The notes beneath the pieces are model-generated. The model made no database searches. It worked only from the letters and a program-made list of their open reading frames with translations, and had not been told where the DNA came from. This document shows positions 23,301 through 34,537 of a stretch of 64,000 nucleotides of DNA, in pieces. The translations under genes were made by a program, and so were the position numbers. The number at the start of each line of letters is the position of its first letter. Positions within the stretch are counted from its first letter, which is position 1. Source of the stretch: Zootoca vivipara (lineage: Eukaryota); NCBI RefSeq assembly GCF_963506605.1, contig NC_083288.1:48112001-48176000 (forward strand), written 5' to 3'.

Positions 23301-26300
23301 ATGAAATATTCTTGAATTCTTGTTTAATTTGTAAGAAGCTCTTTTATTATTGATTGATGGCAGAATCCTGGTAAGGGGTGGAGTGGGCTCCTGCATTAAC
23401 ATTATTCACATAAAGCAACGAATTGGGGATAAAAATGTATACTGTTATTTTAAAAAAGACTTCATATTCTTATTCCATTAGTACTAGACATTATAACATG
23501 TTAATGTGAAATGGAACTATTGGTCTGTATGACCCCACAGACCTACATCCCAGATCTCTCTGCCAAAATGTTCCCACCTAAAGGGTCAACAGTATAACTG
23601 GAAGAATACTTAAGGCATTGTAAAATAATTAGTCAGACCACCTATCTTCCATTTCTTTCCCCCTCCTCCCCTTGGCTTAGGAATTTGGAGGCAATACGGA
23701 GAGAGAACAGGGAACTGAAGAAAAAGTGGGACAACATGAAGGTAGGAGTCCATTGCTGGAAACAAATAACTTTTTTTGTTACAGGTAGGTAGCCGCGTTG
23801 GTCTGACGTAGTCGAAACAAAATAAAAAAATCCTTCCAGTAGCACCTTAGAGACCAACTAAATCTGTCATTTGTATGAGCTTTTATGTGCATGCACTCAA
23901 AAGCTCATACCAATTATTTTGTTTCCACATTTTTTGTGATTGAGTTCCAGACACCATCTGCTGGTAGAAACAAGTTCTGCTCCTCTATGCCTTTGTCAAT
24001 GTTGGGATGGGAAAAGTGAATCAACCTCCCTGCAGGTTACTTATATTTGCATTTGGGTCATGCAAACCCACCCTTTTCTCTCAACAGGCTTTTCCGAGAC
24101 ACCGCCAGAGTAGCAGGTCAGTGTGTTAGTTCTGCTTATTGGAACATTTACCAGGAGCGGCAGCACAGAAAATGTAGACAGCAATCTAACTGTGGCAAAA
24201 CGTTAGAGCTGAGCTTGAGGCCACAGGACAGCAAAACAACTGGGGCAGTCACATGCCTTTGACCCTGACTGAACAAAATTCATTTCAATTTGCTGCAGAA
24301 ACAGCACTCCAAGGCCAGTTGGTGTCACACATCCATCACCCAGAGGTAGGTAGAAAGATGGGGCCTCTGTAGGCATGTATCAATGCCCTGCCTTGAGCAA
24401 ATGTTCACATTACAGTGTATCTGTTTGTGTATGAGCATGTGAATGCATGTGTTCTGGCCCTGAACACATAGCAATAAGTAGCTACTTACCCATCTAAAAA
24501 TGCATTTGCACATGTATACACATGCAATCCAACATGTGTCCCCGAGAGGGATGGACAGGTACAAACATATGCTCAAATATTTCTCTATAAAATCAGGGTA
24601 AAGGTTTGCACATGCCTTTTTGGCTCTTGAGTATTTATTACCTTCCTTATAATGACTCAGACCAACATCTTTCCTCTAGCACAGTATGTTGTTACTGTCT
24701 TTACAGTAACCTGTTTCATATTTTGCAGTTACACCACAACCTATTTCCCAGCACTCCAGTGAGGTAGTCAGGTAGGTGAAACAGGAAATACATATTCATT
24801 GGTTGCAGGTGTGAGGCATTGTTATAAAAACAACAGTAAAAATGTAGGAGTTTGCTCACAATTCCAGAGGAATTTCAGTTTATTTCGTCCTCTTTAAGTA
24901 AAACAAAATTCCAACTCTAAACACAGTACACTTCATGCTATGATCCCTCCTCTGTCCAGTAACCTATCATCAAAAATTGAATTCTAGTTTAGGAATCTAG
25001 ACCTCTTAGTAGAGGCAATGCATAGATATTATCTGTCTGCTTGCCTATCTAGCCTTCCCACCAGTGACTCCTGGACTTTTTGTGCCTTTATTCTCCATAG
25101 TCGCTCATCTTCCATGGATGCAATCTCTTCCAGAATCAGCCAGCTATCAAACTGGCAAGTGAGTCTCCACAACTGCTGTCCTTTATCTAGAAAAGGAAAA
25201 GATAAGATGGATATGTTGTTTTTGTTCTTCAAAAACTCAGTGTCACAGAGAATTCTGAGAACCAGGAGCCACTGATATAATATGCCCATGAAAAGAGAAG
25301 CCTTGTCCTCGTCACACACTGTTTTGTGTTATCAAGGCTTAGTGCTCAGTACTTAATACATTGCCATGGCAAAAGAACTACTGGTATTCTCCTGTTGCCA
25401 ACAAGGACCCACCAAGGCAATAACCACAACAAGGTCAGTGGGAGCTGTTAATATAATCTGTCTGATAAGGCCTACAGCACACATAACAAGTGCAGATTGA
25501 ATTGTAATGTAAAATTTAGAATTAAGGTGTTTATAATGTTGCCTTATTTTACCATGTAAAAACTCTTCTAGATAATATTAAAAAGCAGAGATTTCTCACT
25601 TGTACCCAGCATGCCACAGGATCCACTAGGATGACCCCAACTGACTCTATAAATGGTAAGAAATAGCTTCAGATAAAAGGTAGGGCAACACAAAATTTGG
25701 CAAAAGAAATTCAACTAGACAATAACAGTTTGGGGTGGGGAAAAGAATTCAAGGAGCACACCACTAAAATCATTAAGACCAACACTAAAATATTTTTATA
25801 TACATTAGAAGCAGGAAACCAGCTAGGGAGGTACCGGTAGCTGGATGCTAAAGGAGTCAAAGGTGTGTTAAAGGAGGAAGAGGAGATTGCAGACAAGCTG
25901 AATGAATGCTTTACATCTGTTTTCATTGCACAAGATATATCACTATGTGATATATCAGGTCACTATTTCTGAACTAATTTTATCAGGAGGAGAGCCTGAG
26001 GAACCAAGGAAAATAGTGGTGACAAGAGACGAAGTCCTAGGCCATACTGACAAATTAAATTTTTTTAAACATCATATCCAAATGGCATCTATTCAAGAAT
26101 TCTTAAAGAACTCAAAGGTGAAACTGCTGATCTTTTAATGGAAATATGTAACATGTCTGTAAGATCAGCCCCCACACTGGAGGACTGGAAAATGGCCAAT
26201 GTAACACCAATTTTTAAAAGGCGGATCAAAGGCAGGGGTCAGCAAACTTTTTCAGCAGGACAGTCCACTGTCCCTCAGAACTTGTGGGGGGCCGGACTAT

Positions 26301-29300
26301 ATTTTGAAGGGGAAAAAATGAACAAATTCCTATGCCCCACAAATAACCCAGAGGTGCATTTTAAATAAAAGGACAAATTCTACTCATGTAAAAACACCAG
26401 GCAGGCCCCACAAATAACCCAGAGATGCATTTTAAATAAAAGGACACATTCTACTCAAGTAAAAACATGCTGATTCCCGGACCATCTGCGAGCCAGATTT
26501 AGAAGGCAATTGGGCCGCATCTGGCCCCCGGGCCTTAGTTTGGTGACCCCTGATCCAAGGAGATCTAGGAGAGTACAACCCAATTAGCTTAATGTCAGTT
26601 GTAGGAAAGCTGGTGGAGAGCATTATGAAGAATTACCAAACATAAAAAGACTTGCTGAATAAAAACTAGCATGTTTACTACAAGTGTAATACTAGTCCCA
26701 TTAACATTTTGCAGTTCTTTGAGAGTGTCAAACATAGTGCCAAACACTTTCAAAACATTCCTCATCAAAAACTCCTGAGTATGATTACAAACCATGGGAC
26801 AAGAGGACAGATCCTCACTTCTATCAGTAACTAGCTAAAGAAGAAGCAGAGAGTAGGAATAAATAGAATTTTCATAACACAATATATTATATTATTTCAA
26901 TACTGGTCATAAAGAATTGGTATTAGTACCTTTGCTTTTTAACCTGTGCAGAAACTATCTGGAATAAGGGATGAGATGCCTATGAGGCCAAATTGTACGG
27001 GATAGTAAGAAAAGGGGTGATATATCCAACACAATTATACAAATCTATGGTGCAACCATACTTGAGAATACTGTGCACAGTTCTGGTAACACACCTTAAA
27101 AAATATATTGTAGAACAGGAAAAGGTTAAGAAAAAGGTAATGAATATCATCAAGGGACTGAAGCAACTCCCTTATGAGGAAAATCTACTACATTGTGAAT
27201 AAGGTGGAAGAATGAGAGTGAAGTGTCTAAAATTATGCATGGTATGGAGTTTTTCTCCTCATAATACTAGAAGCCAATAGAGTTTTTCTCCTCATAATAC
27301 TAGAAGCCAATAGATATTTTATAATGAATTTGGCAGATGAAAGGAAGTACTTAGTCACACATGGGGTCACGAAGAGTCGGACACGACTAATCAACTAAAC
27401 AACTCAGTCACACAGCACATAACTTAACTCTGGAATTTGCTACCAGACAATGTTGTAATGGTCAGCACCTTGGGTGGCTTTAAAAATGTGTTTTAGACAA
27501 ATTCATGAAGCATAAGACTACAGTATTGAAGGCTGCTAGTGGCATATACCTCCAGTATCAGAAACAGTATACTATACCTCAGAATCCTAGGCTCTATTTT
27601 TATTAATGTTGTATATGCTTTGACTACAGATAATACAAAAGACCAAAAGGTGGCAATGGAAGACCAGGAATAGAAGAATGCAAGATTCAGCCTCCTCCAA
27701 AGCTTATTCAATGTCCAAGAGGGGAAATTGTCCCCTCTTTTAAATGGGCAGATACATTATTGTATCTAAGAAAAGTAAAGTCCTACATCAGGCATCCCCA
27801 AACTGCGGCCCTCCAGATGTTTTGGCCTACAACTCCCATGATCCCTAGCTAACAGGACCAGTGGTCAGGGATGATGGGAATTGTAGTCCAAAACATCTGG
27901 AGGGCCGAAGTTTGGGGATGCCTGTCCTACATGCTTACCTTTGTTCTTCTCCTGTCACCTTTCCACAGACCCTCCGATAGTCACTTGAGGCATAATACTT
28001 TGTTCTATTTTGCAGCTACTCCTTCTCCAGGTTCCACTCAAAGTTTATTCTTCAGGTGAGTTCCAGGGTGAGGGATGATATTCCCTCCAGGATAATATTA
28101 TCACATGACCATGAAAAGGCCATGGGACTAGTATTACTTGCCACAGTAACTTGCATTTCTCATCACCATTCATCTCTCCATTTGTTTCAGGGCTTCTCCT
28201 GCCTTTTCTCACACCTCCAGCATGACTGTCAACTCACACACGCCTACGGCGAGGCAAAATCAAAGTGCTAGGCAGCAACAAGAAACCCCATACATCAACC
28301 TCAACATCTTCTCTGGTGAGAAAGTACCCTGCTGCTAACAGACACAGCTTTTATTCTTCCATATTTCCTCCAGTACTTAACAATGCTATCATTGTACACT
28401 ATAGTTCATTGTAGTGATGATTACAATGCAAGGTGCAGTCCAAGGGTTGGGGTGACACACACCACTCAGCCTCAGAACCCCACCATATACTTTCCAGTGA
28501 TCAATTCTCTATTGGCTTTAACCCATAGATCAGACAGAGGGGGTTTCTATGCCAGAACAGCGTAACATTGAGAGACCTCAGCCTATACAGGTGAGGAGCA
28601 GTCTGTGATAAGAGTATGGATTGGGCAAAGCTTATCGTTGGAGCATTTTCAACAACTGCTTTTCTTTCTGTCTTCTCAGCTGAGATTCACCCCTCGCTCC
28701 TTTCACTGCAGGTAAGTAGTAACCTGTTTAGTTCCCCATCCTCTCACCCAGAGGCATACCTAGGCCCACTTGCGCCCTTGGCATGGAGATACCGGTATAT
28801 CAGTGCCTCTGAAGCTGGGAGAAACCATGGATTAGAAACTGAAAAAGTCACACTTCTAACAGCACCACTGGCTGACTGGGGAGGGAGCCCTCGGTCAGAG
28901 CAGCAGAGGAACAGCCTGGGGAGTGCATGGATGGGCAGGTGGGCTCCTAGCCACTCCAAGCCAGAGTGGAGAGGTGCGGTTTTTGTGCCACTCCTGAGCC
29001 TGTGCCCTTAGCAGGGGCCAACCCCTACATATGCCCCTGCTCCCACCAGGAATTAGGGCTGTGCCCCCCACGTTATTTGTGGGCACCAGGGCACCTTTGG
29101 GCACTCCCATTTGGGTTTAATTTGAAGAGGGTTGCCTTTATTTTTTGCTTATTTTTTTTTAGCTGTATTTTGCCCACTTTTATGGGATCAGGGTTCAAAG
29201 CCTCTAGGCCAAAAGCAGTTGGGGACTCCCTGAGTTAGGAGACTACAAGGACTCGTAAAAGAGAGCTTTAAAAGTTCATGAATATAATCCAAACCCAATT

Positions 29301-29500
29301 TCTGTTGAAGGAGTTGCAACACAGAAAATGATTCCTAATATAAATTAAGATAGCTTTTAGGGGGGGGGGACTTCTAAACTTCAGCATGCTTGCACAGAGC
29401 ATTAATAAAGCAATATAAAGAAAGCAGCACTTTGCCGCAGAGACAACATGATGAACGTCTGTGCATATTGTTTTGTGAAACTTAATTTTTTAAAGCTAAA

Positions 29501-29534
<34 letters not shown>

Positions 29535-29964
29535 GGGGCCCCCTAAAACAAGGTTTTGAACTTTTGGGATTTGTAGTATCAAGTATTCTGTCACTTCCTC
29601 CTCCTGCTGAGCCAAGCCAGGTACTTGATCTGCATAAGACACAAACTCCTGCCTAAATCCAATATGGTGCTGTAGATACAGGTTGAAGTGCATTACTTAA
29701 CCATAAACAGAAAAGTTTTGTTGAACATAACTGAGTGATAAGCTGCATTTGTAACTGAAGTGTGAACCCATCAATATGCAACTAGCTCATTTTATTTTCT
29801 CACAGGCATTCATCCAACAGCCAAGCCCACCAACAAAGATAGGGAAGACGAAAACTACTCTCTGCTTACCAATCTCAACATGGGCAAGATGGTATTTCCT
29901 GTCCCTGCATAAACTCTGCCGAATTTTTAGGGCCTTGGTGGAAAGCCACCCACTAAAAGTATTT

Positions 29965-30023
<59 letters not shown>

Positions 30024-30078
30024 CTCTCTCTCTCTCTCTCGTAACACAATATATTGTTTCAGGAGATCTAACATGTGA
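17328..30078 (+). CDS. RNF212B: RNF212B meiotic RING E3 ligase, spliced CDS: 17328-17427, 17925-17977, 19561-19635, 22959-23074, 23681-23741, 24088-24116, 24299-24345, 24729-24771, 25101-25158, 25610-25655, 28016-28055, 28191-28315, 28529-28590, 28680-28711, 30063-30078 (last exon tentative)
   Basis: [10 protein letters not shown]...[11 protein letters not shown]...[12 protein letters not shown]; [10 protein letters not shown]; coiled coil; STPRPVGVT; RSSSMD; [10 protein letters not shown]. Phases are consistent if the 23074 donor is GC. Synteny between SLC7A8 and HOMEZ. Confidence 0.9.
19066..19398 (-). mobile_element. Sauria-type SINE, TSD GCATTCACACTTA
   Basis: tRNA-like head and Bov-B-like tail; 13-bp TSD. 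Confidence 0.9.
20116..20265 (-). mobile_element. Bov-B (RTE) LINE 3' fragment, adjacent to (AAT)n
   Basis: Reverse complement encodes the end of the Bov-B ORF (...[14 protein letters not shown]) with a (CAA)n tail. Shorter copies at ~12205-12262 and ~27361-27403. Confidence 0.8.
21581..21802. repeat. Direct-inverted-direct (inverted triplication) repeat
   Basis: Forward 21581-21655, inverted ~21655-21739, forward again 21740-21802. Confidence 0.92.
22035..22402 (+). mobile_element. Sauria-type SINE, TSD ACTCTGATTGGTA
   Basis: GGGACCCAGGTGGCGCTGTGGGTTAAAC head, (ACCTTT)n tail, 13-bp TSD. Confidence 0.92.
25780..27560 (+). mobile_element. Old degenerate CR1 LINE fragment interrupted by a hAT MITE and a Bov-B tail
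   Basis: Remnant motifs [32 protein letters not shown] with many stops and frameshifts. Confidence 0.75.
26233..26552. mobile_element. hAT non-autonomous element, TSD ATC(A/C)AAGG
   Basis: TIR CAGGGGTCAGCAAACT...AGTTTGGTGACCCCTG, 8-bp TSD with one mismatch, internal ~50-bp duplication. Confidence 0.85.
27789..27924. mobile_element. 136-bp hAT MITE, TSD TCCTACAT
   Basis: TIRs and perfect TSD. Confidence 0.93.
29963..30040. repeat. (TTTC)n(TC)n microsatellite upstream of the putative last RNF212B acceptor
   Basis: Direct reading. Confidence 0.95.
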
Positions 30079-31142
30079 TAGACTTAAGTGGTGTAATATA
30101 TATTTGCAGGAAAGGTGATCAAAGGCATACTTAGTAGGCTTATTTCAAGGCTCAGTGTTACTAGGCTATGACATTTTCTAGCAGACTATTGCAACTTATA
30201 AAGCAGTTCGTAGATCATAAAATAAACTTGCCAAAATTGAAATAAGATTCATTTGTTGAGAAGCTAGTATGTATGCATTTTTGAAGTTCTCAGTTGCAAT
30301 TTAGCCACTGGCAGCTCAATAGAAAAGTTCCTTTTTTTATTCCAGTTGCATAGAATATAGGACTATTTTCTCCATACTGTATAACCAAAGTTGCTTTCCA
30401 GAGTAAGGATGTGACAAGTATTCCTTTGAAAGATAAGACTAATTATCAAGAGAATCCCACAGTTATGGCTATTTGAACTAAATCCACACCTCAGTCTATT
30501 TTATTTATCTCCAACATCACACAAGTTTGTACAGTCCCATGTTCTGCCTTCTCTCCCTATGACCAGCTTATACAGTACAAATATTTTTAGTTTTTCTTGC
30601 AGGGGAAAGAGGTGTTGCTTTTTCAGCTACTCTGTAAAAATGCTTGAAACAGTGATTTAATAAATAGGTTTGGTTTTTTAAAAAAAATGCAGATTAGTAT
30701 CACTATGTACAATCTTCTGCCTACTCATTGTTCCATAAATATCAGAATCCATCTTCCCTATAACCCCTTATAAATGATTTAGGGCCAGTTCTGAGAGTTT
30801 ACAGCAGCTTTTGATCCCTTAGATTCTGGGGCAGGGAGCAGGGTAGGAAACACATCCCTGTTTCAGTGACAGTATTGGCTTTGTGGATGGAATAAAGATG
30901 GCATACAAACAGCAATGCTTCCTCCATTTCTTCCATAAAGGAGATGGTCTCTACACCTTACCTCACCTCCAAGTAAGCTGCAATGGAAAGTGGTGGGTTT
31001 CAGTTCATAGCCATCAACCATCTAGTTCAAAATGGATATATGACTGTGGATATATGACCAACGTGAAAACTGGTGGATCAAGGCACCAGTAAAGGGAGAG
31101 TGAGCACAGGAATGAATAAAAAAAGGGTGATGACATCCACCT

Positions 31143-31276
31143 AAGGAGCTCAGCTGGTAGAGTGTGAGACTCTTACCCATGAGACCCATGGATCTCAGGG
31201 TCATGGGTTTGAGCCCCAAGTTGGGCAAAAGATTCCTGCACTGCAGGGGGTTGGACTTGATGATGCTTGTGGTCCT
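31143..31276 (+). mobile_element. tRNA-derived SINE with CR1-like 3' tail
   Basis: AGCTCAGCTGGTAGAG A-box, GGTTTGAGCCCC B-box-like, and a GGGGTTGGAC...TTCTAT tail shared with CR1. Confidence 0.65.
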
Positions 31277-32388
31277 TTCTAAGTCTACAATTCTATTAGC
31301 CTAAGATCATCAAGAGCAGAAGAAAAGTTAGAAGCTGTACAAAGAAGAGGCAATTAAAATGCAAGGAGAGAATGAAACGGAAGACAACTTAGATTAAGGC
31401 ACAAAGTCACCATCCTTGATTGGCAACTGCCAAAAATCAAATATTTATAACTGTAATTTTGGGCCACAATTTTAAAAATGAAAAACAAAATCCCATAAGT
31501 AAACAAACAGAAAAAAGCCAAAGGAGAGGTGGGTTAGAGCTAAAAGCTTGGAAGAGCTTAGTCTAAATTCCATTTTTTAAAATGTGATCTGTCAGTAAAG
31601 GGACTTTGATTTATAAAGCCAAAATAAATGTTTCTTCATTGTATTCCCTAGGCTGCTGCTTCACTTAGCAGAATGAAATAGGATTGATACATAGGAGAGT
31701 AGCCAGATGTTACATATTTTTTGGATGGAATTCGAAAAAAAGACATTGTTCCATAAGTGAAGGTACAGAGAGTCATACAGTATAAGCTATGTCACTGTGC
31801 CAGTGAGGAAAACACTGACAAGCAGGAGTCAAAGAATTAGTTGGAAGCAGAGAGACAAAGCAGAATAACATGGTTCTCTTATCCCAGATATCCCGTTTAA
31901 AATGAGGGAATGTAGCAGCTTTAGAACTCAAGAACGGCAAGAAGGAAAAATGCACCAGGATTCTAGAAGGAGGAAACAATTTAGACTCTATGAGCACAAC
32001 ACAAAGGCTGCAATTTGAAAGTTTGATACGAAAGAAATTTATAGGTCCAGCACACTACTGAATGGGCTCGTTCTATGGATTCTGGAGAAAGGGTGTAAGA
32101 AGCCCCTTATCCTACACCTTTCTAACTCTCTGATTAAACACATCACTGCATGGTACAAATTTATTTTACTTCAATTCTAAAACTTGGGGGGCGGGGGCGG
32201 GCGACACACATAAATATGCTGGAACAGAAAAGGGGACCAAATTCAGTGTTTTGGAACCATGACTAAGGGCGGGAATTTGATGGAACAGAACCTAGTAACA
32301 CATTTGCCAGTTGAATCTTGATCCTTCCCCCAGACCTATCTCAGAAGTCCAGAATCACTAATATCCATCCAACACTCACACAAGAGCC

Positions 32389-33852
32389 CTAGGCAACCCA
32401 GTCTTCATCCTCCTCCTCCTCGTCCTCATTATCATCATCTTCCTCATAGTCTTCATCTTCTACTTTTATCATAGCGGCTGCCACCTCCTCATCTACTTCG
32501 TCCTCATCCCCCAAGCATACCTCTACCTCGCATGGTGCTGGCGAGTGTGAATTGAAATACTTCAGCACCTGCTCAGCCTCCATACCAGACTCATGGCACA
32601 GTGCTGACAAGTCATTTTCCTGCAGCTGCAGGTGGCTTGCACGGCACCGTTTCAGTGGGCTTATGTCTGGATGGTGAGCATGCAGTGGGTGAGGAGGTAT
32701 TGAGGAGACAGGCTCTGGATTCTGTCCTGCATTGTCCCGAAACCATTTCAGCTGGCCATGTTTGAGGGCATAGCGAGTGTCTCCAAACCACTGGATGATC
32801 TCTGCTCGTGGTAAACCAGTGATCTTCTCCAGCTGGTGATAATCCTCTCTCCTGGCCCACTGACGACGAAGGAAGAAGGACTTTAACATATCCAGTTGTT
32901 CCTTTGTTTTTCGCCTAGGTTTGCGAAGAATGTCTGAGAGGTAACCTGAAGCCTGCTGCTGGTCCCCCACAGGGCACTGATAGTTCTGAAGGCTGTGTGA
33001 CTCAACATTGGCTGTAGCTGTAGAGGATGATGGGGTAGCTTTGGTGGAAGAGACCGCTGGAAGAATCACTGGGTGATTCCCACCATTCACTGCAGGTGTG
33101 ACAGGTTCAGCCGGCTGCAGGGGTGCTTTGGTAAGACCCCAGGTCATAGGGTGAGAGTTATGGAAATTGCGATCCAAGCTGGTGGTTGTGGTAGGTAGAT
33201 GAGAACTAGAAAGGATTTCTTTGGTATTGTGAAGCTGCACGGAGGTTCCTGAAGGTTCACAGTTCTCCTGAACTTTGTTATGGTGGGACAAGACATTCCC
33301 CTTCAATTCCCAAATGTCCTGAGTGATTCTCCCAAGTTCCCTCATTCCTTGGGCTGTGGTGAAGTGGCTTAAGTGAGTTATGGAAGACTGCTGGTTCGGC
33401 GGATATTTAGTGGAATGGTGCACAGAGGTAGGAACCGGTCGGTGATATTCCTGACTCTTACAAGTTTGGTGCCAGGGGTCATCATCATTCCTGGCAAGCA
33501 GGCAGCTAAAGTGAAGCTGGTCCTGATGGTAGATGAGGCGAGCTCGTGTCTCTTCAATTTCCTCTGCACTCCAACTGATGCCACAGCGTAGGCGCTGTGC
33601 CATGAACCAGGCCTTGACCTTTTCCATGTGGAGGCCATGACGCAGGCAGAGCAAGGCCAGATCAGAGAGGCTGGGGTATGGAAAATAGCTGAAAGTTTGT
33701 AGCAGATGCTGGTTGCCATCAAGGTCGCTTGTCTGTGCTGCCTGTGTCCACACCAACTGGAGGTCCTCAGAGATGGGTGGTAGGCAGATCAAACCGGGAG
33801 GTGAGCCAAGGCAGCCAGGGGCATCCTTGTTGGGAGGCATGACTGCTGTCAT
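32389..33852 (-). CDS. HOMEZ: Homeobox and leucine zipper protein HOMEZ (487 aa, single coding exon)
   Basis: MPPNKD...LICLPPISEDLQLVWTQAAQTS, WFMAQRLRCGISW, RRKTKEQL...WFGDTRYALKHGQLKWFRDN, acidic tail; acceptor at ~33903; synteny. Confidence 0.96.
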   Translation of the reverse strand: MTAVMPPNKDAPGCLGSPPGLICLPPISEDLQLVWTQAAQTSDLDGNQHLLQTFSYFPYPSLSDLALLCLRHGLHMEKVKAWFMAQRLRCGISWSAEEIEETRARLIYHQDQLHFSCLLARNDDDPWHQTCKSQEYHRPVPTSVHHSTKYPPNQQSSITHLSHFTTAQGMRELGRITQDIWELKGNVLSHHNKVQENCEPSGTSVQLHNTKEILSSSHLPTTTTSLDRNFHNSHPMTWGLTKAPLQPAEPVTPAVNGGNHPVILPAVSSTKATPSSSTATANVESHSLQNYQCPVGDQQQASGYLSDILRKPRRKTKEQLDMLKSFFLRRQWARREDYHQLEKITGLPRAEIIQWFGDTRYALKHGQLKWFRDNAGQNPEPVSSIPPHPLHAHHPDISPLKRCRASHLQLQENDLSALCHESGMEAEQVLKYFNSHSPAPCEVEVCLGDEDEVDEEVAAAMIKVEDEDYEEDDDNEDEEEEDEDWVA

Positions 33853-34137
33853 CTACAAGAAGTCTTCTATCTCCGGGGATCAGCTTCTGTCCCTCAGAAC
33901 AGCTAGAACCAAAGAGTAAAGGAAGAATATGGGTCAACAGAAGAAGAAGAAGACATCAGAGGAGGAGGGGACAGGACAGAGATTGCACAATGAGGAAATT
34001 GTAGTGTTCACTTCCAGGTGAAGAAAAGAAATATTTTCTGTATATAGCAAGCCACTGTCTGGAAGAAGAGTTCTAACCTAGCCTTTCTATGTGCAGAGAA
34101 TTGGCCAAGGTGGTGTGAGGTGATATAAAAGCATTTA

Positions 34138-34351
34138 CAGTGGTACCTCGGTTTAAGAACAGTCCTGTTTATGAATGATTCGGTTTACGAAGTCCGCAAA
34201 ACCGGAAGTAGTGTCCCGGTTTGCAAACTTTACCTCAGTCTAAGAATGGAATCCGAACGGTGGAAGGGAAAGTGCGCCTTGGTTTAAGAATGGTTTCAGC
34301 TTAAGAACAGACGTCTGGAACAGATTAAGTTCATAAACCAAGGTACCACTG
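34138..34351. mobile_element. Tc1/mariner (Tigger-like) MITE with TA TSD
   Basis: TA-CAGTGGTACCTCGGTTTA...TAAACCAAGGTACCACTG-TA. Related copies at ~39141-39250 and 56698-56918. Confidence 0.85.
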
Positions 34352-34401
34352 TAGTTATCATTAAAGGTCCCACCTGCAATCCAAAGTGCTACAGCCTAGA
34401 C

Positions 34402-34537
34402 CAGGCATCCCCAAACTTCGGTCCTCCAAATGTTTTGGACTACATTTCCCATCTTCCCTGACCACTGGTGCTGTTAGCTAAGGATCATGGGAGTTGTAGG
34501 CCAAAACATCTGGAGGGCCGCAGTTTGGGGATGCCTG
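34402..34537. mobile_element. 136-bp hAT MITE, TSD GCCTAGAC
   Basis: TIRs and perfect TSD. Confidence 0.93.

Noticed and set aside
31143-31230. tRNA gene
   Set aside because: Interrupted cloverleaf fused to a CR1-like tail, so a SINE head.
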